Shown here piece after piece: positions 8,998 through 18,254 of a DNA stretch of 32,000 bases (position 1 is its first letter; each line of letters opens with the position of its first letter). A model generated the notes under the pieces. That model searched no databases, was not told where the DNA came from, and saw nothing but the letters and a program-made list of their open reading frames with translations. This DNA comes from Propionibacteriaceae bacterium (GTDB lineage Bacteria > Actinomycetota > Actinomycetes > Propionibacteriales > Propionibacteriaceae). The stretch lies in the NCBI GenBank assembly GCA_031256725.1, contig JAIRQE010000018.1, positions 81,561 to 113,560 of the forward strand. The letters are read 5' to 3'. Position numbers and translations under genes: made by a program.

Positions 8998-10623
8998 ATG
9001 AACTTACAAGCAATGGAACCCACAGTGACACAATATGCAATCCAGATCACGGCCAAGGACCACGTTGAGATTAACCCTGAGATGCCGATTCCTGACGTGG
9101 GGCCTACGCAGATTCTGTTAAAGATTGAGGCCTGTGGGATCTGCTTCTCAGATACGAAGCTGATGCATGCCTTCGAGAATCATCCACGCAAGACACCCAT
9201 TACTGGTGGGTTGACGGAGGCTGAACTTGCCGAGATTCTCACCTATCGCCCAGGTGGGGAACCAGTGGTACCAGGTCATGAACCAGTGGCGAGGATCGCC
9301 CGCGTGGGGACCGAGGTTACTCGGTTTGAGGTGGGTCAGCGTGTCCTAGTTCAAACCGACTATCGACATATTCCAACTGTTGCTTCTAACGCAGCCTTTG
9401 GGTATGACTTCGATGGTGCCTTAGCCGAATATGCTCTCGTAGACGAGAGGATGGTGATTGATCCTCGAACTGATGAATCCCTGCTGATTCCCGTGACAGA
9501 AATCCCCTCCTCCTCGGCTGTGGCCCTGATTGAACCATGGGCCTGTGTTGAGACTGCTTACGCATGGCCAGAGCGCCAAGGGCCTCTCGTGGGTGGATCA
9601 GTCCTGGTTGTCACTGATGGTTGCTGCGTGCTTGAAGGGTTGGATGCCCTGATCGCTGGTTATGGGTCTCGTACAGATGTGGTCGACCTAGCCGAGATCA
9701 AGGAAGGATCGATCTTCGACGACATCATCTACGTGGGTGCGGATGCGGATGTTCTGGAGAAACTGGGGCCACACCTTGCCAACAGGGGGATCATGAACAT
9801 CATCACCTGTGGTCGTGAATTTGAGCGTCCGGTGAACATTGATGTCGGCAGGATCCATTACGACCTGATTCGCTATGTGGGTACCACTGGTTGCAATCCG
9901 TATGACGGGTACTCCTGGATCCCCGAAACCTGCGAACTTCGTCACAATGAATCCATTGCCATCATCGGGGCTGCTGGTCCCATGGGATTGATGCATACCG
10001 TTCGGGCAGCAACCATGGGGATCGAGGGTATCACCATTGATGCAGTCGATGTCAGTGATGAGCGCCTCAAGCGGCTGGAGGAGGTACTAGCCCCCATTGC
10101 GGCCAAGGCCGGGGTAGCATCACGTGTACTCAACTCCACAGCAACCCCCTTAGTGGAGAACTCCTATTCCTATGTTGCACTCATGGTGCCTGCGACCCCT
10201 CTTATCACCCAAGCGGTGTCCTTAGCCAGTGAGGGCGCGATCATTAACGCCTTTGCTGGCTTCGCAATTGGTACCACTGCCGCGATGGATATGAATGCCA
10301 TGATAGCCAAGAGGCTGTATGCCGTTGGTACCTCTGGGTCCCGGGTCCAAGATATGGTGACTATGGTGAGGCGACTGGAGGCTGGTCAGGTCGATACAAA
10401 CATCTCCCTGGATGCCATCACGGGTATTGCTGGTGTACTAGATGCAATCGAATCGGTCAATAATCGTACCTCGCAGGGCAAGATCATGGTCTATCCACAG
10501 TTGAAGGATCTAGGGTTATTAAGGTTAGTCGAGATTCCTGACAGATTCCCTGAGGTGGGAGCCCTCATGGATGGGGGATCATGGACCAAGCAGGCAGAAG
10601 CCAAACTATTGTCAATCGCGTAG
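8998..10623 (+). CDS. zinc-type alcohol dehydrogenase / MDR superfamily protein, unusually long (541 aa)
   Basis: TAAGGA lies upstream of ATG 8998. The GroES-like part carries CGICFSD and PGHEPVARI. A degenerate nucleotide-binding-like segment (VLVVTDGCCVLEGLDALIAGYG) is followed by a canonical one (IAIIGAAGPMGLMHTVRAA...DVSDERL). Confidence 0.7.
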   Translation: MNLQAMEPTVTQYAIQITAKDHVEINPEMPIPDVGPTQILLKIEACGICFSDTKLMHAFENHPRKTPITGGLTEAELAEILTYRPGGEPVVPGHEPVARIARVGTEVTRFEVGQRVLVQTDYRHIPTVASNAAFGYDFDGALAEYALVDERMVIDPRTDESLLIPVTEIPSSSAVALIEPWACVETAYAWPERQGPLVGGSVLVVTDGCCVLEGLDALIAGYGSRTDVVDLAEIKEGSIFDDIIYVGADADVLEKLGPHLANRGIMNIITCGREFERPVNIDVGRIHYDLIRYVGTTGCNPYDGYSWIPETCELRHNESIAIIGAAGPMGLMHTVRAATMGIEGITIDAVDVSDERLKRLEEVLAPIAAKAGVASRVLNSTATPLVENSYSYVALMVPATPLITQAVSLASEGAIINAFAGFAIGTTAAMDMNAMIAKRLYAVGTSGSRVQDMVTMVRRLEAGQVDTNISLDAITGIAGVLDAIESVNNRTSQGKIMVYPQLKDLGLLRLVEIPDRFPEVGALMDGGSWTKQAEAKLLSIA

Positions 10624-10638
10624 GCAAGGAGAAAATCG

Positions 10639-12273
10639 ATGGCTGACGTTATAGTGATGCCCCAACTGGGGAACACTGTTGAATCCTGTCTGGTGACCTC
10701 ATGGAGGGTTGCCGTGGGTGACACCGTGACCCCGAATACGATCATCGCTGAGATTGAGACAGATAAGTCCTCAATGGAGGTACCAGCCGGTGTGACAGGG
10801 ACAGTCCTGGCCCTGTTGGCCAATCAGGGTGACGAGGTACCAGTCAAAGCTCCCTTCTTCATTGTCGGAACCCAGGGTGAATCCATTGAGGACTTGGTTG
10901 CACCACTCCAGGTTGATGAACCTGCGGCACCCCAAGAGTCTCCTGCCCCTGTTGAAGAGGTACCAGCTGTTCTCCATGAGGATGGAACTGCTGTAGCCAA
11001 TGAGGATATGGATACCCAGGACCCAGATGTCGGTGGTACAGCTTCCCCTCGCGCTCGTCGTGCAGCACAAGAGGCGGGCCTTGAGATTTCAGGGATTCCA
11101 GGTACAGGCCCCGAGGGTAGAATCCTCATTAGTGATGTGAAGGCAGTGATCGAAGCCCGCGCCGCCGCATCTGTACCTCAGGAGCCCCCAGTTGATGTGG
11201 TCGAAGCAGAGGAACCCACTCCACGATGGTCAACTGGTAAGTTCCCTGAGGAGGAAATTCCCAGAACCCGTGCCGCCCAGGAGCATCCAGGAAATGCACG
11301 CACAGGAACAGGGATCGGTGGCAGAATTACTAGAGATGACCTCACCGAGGTTGAGGTCCAGCCCCTCCATGCGATCGCCGAGGATGAGATAGAGCCACAA
11401 CCCGAGCCCACTGCTGTACCAGAAGCCATTGAGCCTGAACCTGAAATAGAAACCGCATCCCCTGAAGTAGGAACCGAAGCAGAACTTGAAGGAACTGAAG
11501 CAGAGCCTGAGGAATCCGAGGATTCTTCAGCAGTTGCAGAGGGGAATGATTTCCCTGGACCTGTGACCGAGATCCCCCTGAAAGGAATTCGTAAGCTCGT
11601 CGCAGAACGCATGTTGATCTCCATGTCCAACCATGCCCAACTCTCCTTCGACACCTCAGCACCAGCAGCAGCCCTTCTCTCCTTACGAGCAAGGCTGAAA
11701 GCAGGGGATGAATCCCTTGGGATGAATCAGATCACTATCGGTGATCTCGTAGCCTATGCCGCTGTGAAGACCGCAATGAGGTTCCCCTCTATCAACGCGA
11801 CCCTCCAAGACCAGGTTCTCCGCAGTTATGAGACGGTACACCTCGGGCTAGCTGTGGATACTCCACGAGGGCTCTTGGTACCCACAATTCGTTGGGCGTC
11901 AACCATGAGTCTTCGAGAGTTCTCAGCCGAGGTAAAGCCCTTGGTTGCCCAAGCCCAAGCAGGGTCCATCAACCCGGATCTGCTGGCTGGTGCGACCTTC
12001 ACAGTGACCAATTTAGGGGCCTTCGGAATCGAATCCTTCACCCCTATTTTGAACTCTCCGCAGATAGCAATCCTCGGAGTCAATGCCATCACTCCAAGGC
12101 CAGTGATCAACCCGGATGGTAGTTATTCTGTCGAACAAAGAATCGGGTTCTCGCTCACTGTGGATCATGCTGTGGTGGATGGAGCTGATGCAGCGCGCTT
12201 TCTGAAGGCTCTCGTGGCCTTCATCACCGATATCGACGTGGCGATTCTCGCAGAAGGGACACATAATGGCTGA
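10639..12273 (+). CDS. dihydrolipoamide acyltransferase (E2) of a 2-oxoacid/acetoin-type dehydrogenase complex
   Basis: AAGGAG lies upstream of the ATG. It has one lipoyl domain (EIETDKSSMEVPA), a subunit-binding domain (ASPRARRAAQEAGLEISGIPGTGPEGRILISDV), a long acidic Pro/Glu linker and a catalytic domain with DHAVVDGADAARF. Confidence 0.85.
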   Translation: MADVIVMPQLGNTVESCLVTSWRVAVGDTVTPNTIIAEIETDKSSMEVPAGVTGTVLALLANQGDEVPVKAPFFIVGTQGESIEDLVAPLQVDEPAAPQESPAPVEEVPAVLHEDGTAVANEDMDTQDPDVGGTASPRARRAAQEAGLEISGIPGTGPEGRILISDVKAVIEARAAASVPQEPPVDVVEAEEPTPRWSTGKFPEEEIPRTRAAQEHPGNARTGTGIGGRITRDDLTEVEVQPLHAIAEDEIEPQPEPTAVPEAIEPEPEIETASPEVGTEAELEGTEAEPEESEDSSAVAEGNDFPGPVTEIPLKGIRKLVAERMLISMSNHAQLSFDTSAPAAALLSLRARLKAGDESLGMNQITIGDLVAYAAVKTAMRFPSINATLQDQVLRSYETVHLGLAVDTPRGLLVPTIRWASTMSLREFSAEVKPLVAQAQAGSINPDLLAGATFTVTNLGAFGIESFTPILNSPQIAILGVNAITPRPVINPDGSYSVEQRIGFSLTVDHAVVDGADAARFLKALVAFITDIDVAILAEGTHNG

Positions 12274-13651
12274 ATACGATGTCATCATTCTAGGCGGTGG
12301 GCCAGGCGGGTACATTGCTGCTGAAAGACTCGGTCATGGGTGCAAGTCTGTACTCCTGATTGAGAAGGACACCCTGGGGGGTACATGTCTCAATGTTGGA
12401 TGTATCCCAACTAAGGCACTCCTCAACTCCGTTAAACTCTATGAACATGCTCGTGACTCCAGTCAGTTCGGGGTCGTCACCGAGTCAGCATCCTATGACT
12501 GGGCCACCGTCCAGGAGTGGAAAAACAAGACGGTAACCACCCTTGTTGGTGGGGTTGCCCAAATGATGAAGAGACTCAAAGTCACGGTGGTTAATGGCGA
12601 GGGTCACATGACCAGTCCCACAACAGTCGAAGTTAATGGCGAGGAACACAGTGCTCTCGATGTCATCATTGCCACAGGTTCGCTACCAGCAATGCCACCG
12701 ATTCCCGGATCTGTGGACAATCCTTCAGTAGTGGATTCGACCAGATTATTGTCCATTGACCAGGTACCACCACGGCTGACTATCATCGGTGGGGGAGTCA
12801 TCGGTGTGGAGTTTGCCTCCATCTTCTCTCGTTTAGGCTCACGGGTTACCATCGTGGAAATGATGGATGAGATCCTTCCCTTCATGGAATCCGATCTCGC
12901 TGCACGTCTGAGAACCCAGATGCCAGCAGTTGATTTCCGTTTGGGTGCCAAGGTTGAAGCCATTGAGGGTACGACCGTGGTCTATTCCCACGATGAGGTC
13001 ACCGATAGGATTGAGGGTGATCTTATCCTCATGGCTGTTGGTCGTCGCCCACTCGTGAATGGATGGGGTGCAGACACTATCGGCTTGGATTATTCACCCG
13101 CTGGCATCACTGTGGACGACCAGATGCGTACCAACCTTCCTCATGTTTGGGCTGTCGGTGATGTGACAGGACGATCCCTTCTTGCGCATGCGGCCTATCG
13201 AATGGGCGAGATCGCTGCGGCACATATCCTGGATGGAACCGCCAAAGATCGTGGTCAAGTCATGAGATGGGACACCATCCCGTGGGCTTTGTACTCCTCA
13301 CCTGAGGCTGCTGGAGTGGGGCTCACTGAAGAGGAATGTACCAAGCGTGGGATCGAGGTGAATGCAACCACTGTGCCTCTAGTCCTTTCAGGGCGTTTTA
13401 TCGCTGAACATGGCTTGAGCCGTGCAGGGATGGTCAAGGTTGTTGCCGAAACCGAAACCAGGGTAATCCGTGGCATCCAGGTCATGGGGCCCTATGCACC
13501 AGAAATGATCTGGGGTGCTGCTGGGGTACTCGAAATGGAATTCACGATCGAGGATGTACGCCAGCTTGTCTTCCCTCATCCCACAGTTAGCGAAGGAATA
13601 CGGGAGGCAGTGTGGGCCTTCCCAGATAAGAAGAGAAACGAACAACGATGA
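12266..13651 (+). CDS. lpdA: dihydrolipoyl dehydrogenase (E3)
   Basis: It shows the FAD motif [11 protein letters not shown], the redox disulfide [16 protein letters not shown], the NAD motif [12 protein letters not shown] and the C-terminal HPTVSEG. The start overlaps the E2 stop by 8 nt. Confidence 0.9.
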   Translation: MAEYDVIILGGGPGGYIAAERLGHGCKSVLLIEKDTLGGTCLNVGCIPTKALLNSVKLYEHARDSSQFGVVTESASYDWATVQEWKNKTVTTLVGGVAQMMKRLKVTVVNGEGHMTSPTTVEVNGEEHSALDVIIATGSLPAMPPIPGSVDNPSVVDSTRLLSIDQVPPRLTIIGGGVIGVEFASIFSRLGSRVTIVEMMDEILPFMESDLAARLRTQMPAVDFRLGAKVEAIEGTTVVYSHDEVTDRIEGDLILMAVGRRPLVNGWGADTIGLDYSPAGITVDDQMRTNLPHVWAVGDVTGRSLLAHAAYRMGEIAAAHILDGTAKDRGQVMRWDTIPWALYSSPEAAGVGLTEEECTKRGIEVNATTVPLVLSGRFIAEHGLSRAGMVKVVAETETRVIRGIQVMGPYAPEMIWGAAGVLEMEFTIEDVRQLVFPHPTVSEGIREAVWAFPDKKRNEQR

Positions 13652-16104
13652 CTAAGTCACTAATAGTTAACCCCCTTGAGGTACGTGCGAAGGGTTCCAT
13701 TCGCCCACCCGAGATCCCTGTCAACGCCTATCAGCTCGACCTTCCCACAGAGGTGGGCCGCTATGGTACAGACACCCTGATTCATGTTCTTCACGACATG
13801 ATCGTGATCCGAGAGTTCGAATCCATGTTGAACTCAATCAAGACCACAGGAGCATGGCAGGGGATCTCCTATGACCACGCTGGCCCAGCGCACCTGTCCA
13901 TGGGCCAAGAGGCTGCCGCTGTCGGTCAGGCACTCGAATTAGGTCCAGATGACTTCATCTTTGGTTCCCACCGTTCCCATGGTGAAATCCTAGCCAAGTG
14001 TTTCTCTGCTGCGCGCACAATGCCTGAGACTGATGTACGAACGATCATGGAGGGCTTCCTCAGTGGGGAGACCCTCAAATACGCCGAACATCTTCCCAAT
14101 AGTTCCGAGGCTGAGGTCCAAGCCAACTTCATTCTCTTTGGTACCCTCGCGGAGATCTTCGCTCGCAAGGCTGGGTTCAATAGGGGTATGGGTGGGTCCA
14201 TGCATGCTTTCTTTGCTCCCTTCGGGTCCATGCCCAACAACGCCATTGTGGGCGGTTCTGGGCCCATCGCCCAAGGCGCAGCACTATTCAAAAGGATCAA
14301 TTCACGCCCAGGGATCGTCGTCGCGAACATCGGTGATGCCTCCATGGGATGCGGGCCTGTTTGGGAGTCTATGGTCTTCTCCGCCATGGATCAGTTCCGT
14401 CAACTGTGGCCAGAATCAGCGGGCGGGAATCCGCCGATCCTGTTCAACTTCTTCAATAACTTCTATGGGATGGGTGGCCAAACCGATGGGGAAACCATGG
14501 GGTACGACATCCTGGCTCGCGTGGGTGCTGGAGTAAATCCTCAAGCCATGCATGCTGAACGTGTGGACGGGTACAACCCCCTCGCTGTTGCCAATGCAGT
14601 ACGCCGCAAGAAGGAGATCCTTCTCGCTGGACAGGGGCCTGTACTCCTAGACACGATCACCTATCGCTATTCAGGCCACTCTCCCTCCGATGCTTCAAGC
14701 TATCGAGTCAAGGAAGAGGTGGATCTGTGGGAGCAGATGGATTCCATTGAAGCCTACGCTACGACACTGGTCAATGGGGGGATTCTGTCCCCATCTCAGG
14801 TGGGTGAGCTTCGAGCTCGTATCGTTGACAAGCTCGCTCAGGTGTTGACTCTTGCTAGTGATGACCAGAAGTGCCCCAGGGTGGACGTACAGTTCATCGA
14901 GTCGGTGATGTATTCCAATGGGAAAGCCGAGGTTATGGGTACTGGCACCCCTGAACTCAGCCAGCCCTTGGCCGAGAATTCGCGAGTCAAAGCGATTTCG
15001 GGCAAGATCCGTAAAAACGTTGATGAGCAGGGCAAGCCTGTGTCCAAGGTGAAGATGTACCAGTACCGCGACGGTCTGTTCGAGGCCATGGCACACCGCT
15101 TCGCTATCGATCCAACCATGGCAGCCTGGGGTGAGGAGAACCGTGACTGGGGTGGAGCCTTTGCGGTCTACCGTGGATTGACCGAGTTGCTTCCCTATAA
15201 TCGCCTCTTCAATTCCCCAATCTCCGAGGCAGCCATTGTGGGTGCTGGTGTGGGTTATGCCTTGTGTGGTGGGCGCGCTGTCGTTGAGTTGATGTACTGC
15301 GATTTCCTGGGTCGTGCCGGTGACGAGATCCTCAACCAGGTTTCCAAGTGGCAGTCCATGTCTGCTGGGATCCTGACCATGCCTTTGGTGGTACGTATCT
15401 CTGTGGGCAATAAGTACGGGGCTCAGCACTCCCAGGATTGGTCGGCCATCCTCGCCCATGTGCCCGGTCTGAAGGTCTACTATCCTGCGACCCCCACTGA
15501 TGCCAAGGGGATGCTGAATCTGGCCTTGGCTGGTACAGACCCGGTCATCTTCCTGGAGTCCCAAAAGCTCTATGACGTTGGTGAAGAGTTTGAAGCTAAT
15601 GGTGTTCCAGTGGGGTACTACGAAACCCCCGAAGGGGAACCTGCGATCCGTCGTGAAGGTACCGACCTTACGATTGCTACCCTTGGGCCTACTGTGTACA
15701 CCGCGATGGATGCAGCCAAGGTTCTCCAGGAAAAGTATAACCTCTCAGTCGAGGTCATTGATCTTCGGTTTGCTGTGCCGTTGAATTACGATCCACTCTT
15801 GGCCTCAGTCAAGAAGACAGGGCGCTTGGTGCTCGCTTCCGATGCTGTTGAGAGAGGCTCCTTCATGCAGACCGTCGCTGCGACCGTTTCCCAGGTCAGC
15901 TTCGATGACTTGGATGCTCCAGTGGTGGTTCTGGGTTCCAGAAACCACATCACCCCTGCTCCAGAATTAGAGGAACTATTCTTCCCTCAGGTCGACACTA
16001 TCCTTGATGCCATCCATACAAGGATTCTTCCGCTCGAGGGGCATGTGCCCACCACAGACCAGTCGAATACTGAGAGTCTGAGAAGGGCCAAGTACGGCGT
16101 CTAA
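13648..16104 (+). CDS. fused E1 alpha-beta, thiamine-diphosphate-dependent dehydrogenase component (818 aa)
   Basis: ATG 13648 overlaps the E3 stop (ATGA). The N-terminal half is alpha-type ([15 protein letters not shown], ThDP motif [13 protein letters not shown]...[11 protein letters not shown]). The half from about aa 480 is beta-type ([51 protein letters not shown]). Confidence 0.85.
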   Translation: MTKSLIVNPLEVRAKGSIRPPEIPVNAYQLDLPTEVGRYGTDTLIHVLHDMIVIREFESMLNSIKTTGAWQGISYDHAGPAHLSMGQEAAAVGQALELGPDDFIFGSHRSHGEILAKCFSAARTMPETDVRTIMEGFLSGETLKYAEHLPNSSEAEVQANFILFGTLAEIFARKAGFNRGMGGSMHAFFAPFGSMPNNAIVGGSGPIAQGAALFKRINSRPGIVVANIGDASMGCGPVWESMVFSAMDQFRQLWPESAGGNPPILFNFFNNFYGMGGQTDGETMGYDILARVGAGVNPQAMHAERVDGYNPLAVANAVRRKKEILLAGQGPVLLDTITYRYSGHSPSDASSYRVKEEVDLWEQMDSIEAYATTLVNGGILSPSQVGELRARIVDKLAQVLTLASDDQKCPRVDVQFIESVMYSNGKAEVMGTGTPELSQPLAENSRVKAISGKIRKNVDEQGKPVSKVKMYQYRDGLFEAMAHRFAIDPTMAAWGEENRDWGGAFAVYRGLTELLPYNRLFNSPISEAAIVGAGVGYALCGGRAVVELMYCDFLGRAGDEILNQVSKWQSMSAGILTMPLVVRISVGNKYGAQHSQDWSAILAHVPGLKVYYPATPTDAKGMLNLALAGTDPVIFLESQKLYDVGEEFEANGVPVGYYETPEGEPAIRREGTDLTIATLGPTVYTAMDAAKVLQEKYNLSVEVIDLRFAVPLNYDPLLASVKKTGRLVLASDAVERGSFMQTVAATVSQVSFDDLDAPVVVLGSRNHITPAPELEELFFPQVDTILDAIHTRILPLEGHVPTTDQSNTESLRRAKYGV

Positions 16105-16141
16105 GAAGATATGGTCTACGTGGATACGGGGACTAAAGTAT

Positions 16142-16364
16142 TTAGGCTCCGAACCCAACTGGCTGGGCATGTTCTTGACCGAATTCCAGGTATCCGATGG
16201 TTTCTGGGGGGGATGAGCATATGTCGGCCTGAGGCGTCGTCTAGGGTAAAAAGGGTGTCGGCCTTGCGGGCTTGCTCATATGCTTTGACCACGTCAGCAA
16301 TGGTGAGGTCAACAGTGAGTGTGACCTCGCGGGCAACATTGCGGATTCCGATCTTGATTTCTAC
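16142..16364 (-). pseudogene. DUF3107-family pseudogene (start codon lost, +1 frameshift)
   Basis: The minus strand reads GTA-EIKIGIRNVAREVTLTVDLTIADVVKAYEQARKADTLFTLDDASGRHMLIPP, then goes out of frame. The run is CCCCCCC here versus CCCCCC in the intact copy. The ATG of the intact copy (cat at 20568-20570) is tac here (16362-16364). Confidence 0.75.
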
Positions 16365-16399
16365 GGGGGTCCTTTTTAGATGATCAGCTGAAATCAGCC
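16142..16399. repeat. direct repeat, copy A (decayed) of the DUF3107 gene plus the last approximately 16 nt of the FHA gene
   Basis: Aligned by eye to 20349-20609, it shows about 15 differences over about 258 nt, including one extra G in a G-run and a 2-nt indel. Confidence 0.85.
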
Positions 16400-16433
16400 A
16401 TCCGACAACCTATGTGCATTATGTCAAGTCTGG

Positions 16434-17501
16434 TCAGCGGTACTTAAAGAAAGTGAATAGTTGGCTTTCTCGAATCAGTGAACAACCAATGACCGTTCCC
16501 ATGATAGCTCCTGATACGGCGGATACTAGGACTCGGACCCCTGTAAACATCACGCAAATGGTATCACTTAAGCTTCCCCAGCTTGTGACTATTACAATCG
16601 GAATACAAAAGATAGTAGCGATCGCCACCCAAGATATAGATTCGAATAGTAATTGCAGATGAAGAAAGAAGTGAGACACTCCAGCATGAAGGTTGCTGGC
16701 ATGTTCTAAGCGGCGTGTCCATACCGTAGTAACGGCCAATATTAGGCTAATGACGAGACTAATCAGAGGGGTCCATCGGGTTAACCGGTGATCATATCGG
16801 CCCACATCGTACACTGATGCATGTTGTGGGTTTAATTGAAAAATCTGTGTTTGTCTAGATGCATAATGAGGTATTAATGATAAATAGAGAAGCGACTTCG
16901 TTTGCTCAATTGTTGGCCACATCGTCACCCAACACTCATCAAATATCTCATCGGATGTGACCACCTGAAGTGCAGCAAAACCTAAACCTGATCGTCGCCC
17001 ATCTTCTGGATATCTATACATGCCGCTGATTGGAACCTCTCCCCGAGTTGTGTGAATTCTACCTTCGACAGCTAACCCGTATCGGTCAAAGACTTGATCG
17101 GAAACAACCAAACCAGGATCAAAGCCATGGTTGGCATTGACAACAAGAAAGAAACCAGGGGTAACTGAATACAACGGAATCGTTGTGCGTGGAAGAAGCA
17201 CATCAGTTAACCCACTGTGATCGTCCCGCAACGAACCCGATGCCAAGACACCTTCGACTGTACTCAGGGCATCACATGCATTCCCTGAGATCGCTTGCGG
17301 AGATTGGAGTATCCAGGTGGCACCTCCCTCGTTGAGATACGTATTCGCCTCATTGACAAACCCCCGCACGGTTGATTCTTCCACCCAAGCTAAAGTTCCA
17401 GTCAGAGCAACAAAGATAATAACCAACCTGATGAGGCGCGTTGTGCTAGATGTAATGTTTCGAAAGGCTTCGCGACCTGCTTCCTGCCAGTGTAGATTCA
17501 C
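16434..17501 (-). CDS. ABC transporter permease, FtsX/MacB-type
   Basis: 355 aa with a GTG start overlapping the ATPase stop (GTGA). The topology is one N-terminal TM helix (LVIIFVALTGTLAWV), an extracytoplasmic domain of about 200 aa, then three C-terminal TM helices. That is the MacB/FtsX layout. Confidence 0.65.
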   Translation of the reverse strand: MNLHWQEAGREAFRNITSSTTRLIRLVIIFVALTGTLAWVEESTVRGFVNEANTYLNEGGATWILQSPQAISGNACDALSTVEGVLASGSLRDDHSGLTDVLLPRTTIPLYSVTPGFFLVVNANHGFDPGLVVSDQVFDRYGLAVEGRIHTTRGEVPISGMYRYPEDGRRSGLGFAALQVVTSDEIFDECWVTMWPTIEQTKSLLYLSLIPHYASRQTQIFQLNPQHASVYDVGRYDHRLTRWTPLISLVISLILAVTTVWTRRLEHASNLHAGVSHFFLHLQLLFESISWVAIATIFCIPIVIVTSWGSLSDTICVMFTGVRVLVSAVSGAIMGTVIGCSLIRESQLFTFFKYR

Positions 17502-18175
17502 GATTCCTCCGTCAATAATTTCTGCTTCGCTAGCCGAGAACTCATCATAATGACGGGATTTGCTTCCCCAAGATCAAGCACATCGGTACATACATCTCGA
17601 GTCTCTCTGTCATGAGTAGCAACAACTACAATTGTTCCACTTCTTGCCAATCCTTCCAATGCACTATTAATCTCTTGGGCTGTTCGACGGTCTAATTGAG
17701 CTGTTGGTTCATCAAGTAATAGCAAGTCAGGATCGGAAGCCAAACCTCGCACAAGCATCAGCCGTTGAGCCTCTCCACCCGATAAAGAGCCAAACGGATT
17801 ATCTGCGACATGGCGAAGGCCAAATTGAGCCATCAAATGGAGGCTCGCTTCTTCTGCTTCGCGGCGTAGATATCCCTGGGCGATGAATGCAATCGCTACA
17901 TGATCGAGTGCTGTTCGCCGGGGCACTCCATACGGATTTTGGAAGACCCACCGTGTAGTGGAGATCTGATGTTGACAGAGAGTCCCGGTGATTGGCTCCA
18001 GCCAACCTGCAAGCATGGATAGGAGTGTCGATTTGCCCGAACCAGAAGGACCCACCAGGGCATAAACCCGGTTGGGTATTAGGGTGAATGATAGATCCTC
18101 AAAAAGTAGCCGATCTGGAGCAAAGCCAAATGCAATTCCAGCCGCTTCCACATAGAGTTCAGGCGTCTTTATCAT
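17498..18175 (-). CDS. ABC transporter ATP-binding protein (MacB/LolD-like)
   Basis: It has Walker A GPSGSGKST, the signature LSGGEAQRL, Walker B LLLLDEPT and the H-loop ATHD. Confidence 0.85.
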   Translation of the reverse strand: MIKTPELYVEAAGIAFGFAPDRLLFEDLSFTLIPNRVYALVGPSGSGKSTLLSMLAGWLEPITGTLCQHQISTTRWVFQNPYGVPRRTALDHVAIAFIAQGYLRREAEEASLHLMAQFGLRHVADNPFGSLSGGEAQRLMLVRGLASDPDLLLLDEPTAQLDRRTAQEINSALEGLARSGTIVVVATHDRETRDVCTDVLDLGEANPVIMMSSRLAKQKLLTEES

Positions 18176-18254
18176 AAGAAAGCCATACGTTTCCCATGGA
18201 CCACGATCCTAGGAAGGCAGAATATCCAATAGAAAAAAGATATTTTATAACTCA

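Noticed and set aside
11340-11560. Periodic-looking GAA/CCT/GAG-rich DNA inside the E2 gene, which could be mistaken for a tandem repeat array.
   Set aside because: It encodes the acidic Pro/Glu/Ala inter-domain linker of E2 (EPQPEPTAVPEAIEPEPEIE...). This is low-complexity coding sequence, not a CRISPR or VNTR-type repeat with a defined unit.
14695-15564. 289-aa minus-strand ORF inside the E1 gene. Similar long antisense or off-frame ORFs occur at 6737-7375 (-), 11178-11654 (-), 13926-14387 (-), 14033-14536 (+), 25191-25700 (+), 28863-29405 (+) and 22111-22557 (+).
   Set aside because: Each lies entirely within a well-supported gene on the other strand or frame. Their composition is low-complexity (Arg/Gly/His/Ser-rich), they carry no motifs and they have no RBS. 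They are typical shadow ORFs of GC-biased coding DNA.
16111-16383. 90-aa plus-strand ORF just after the E1 gene.
   Set aside because: It is antisense to the decayed DUF3107 copy. The region is explained by the direct repeat and pseudogene.
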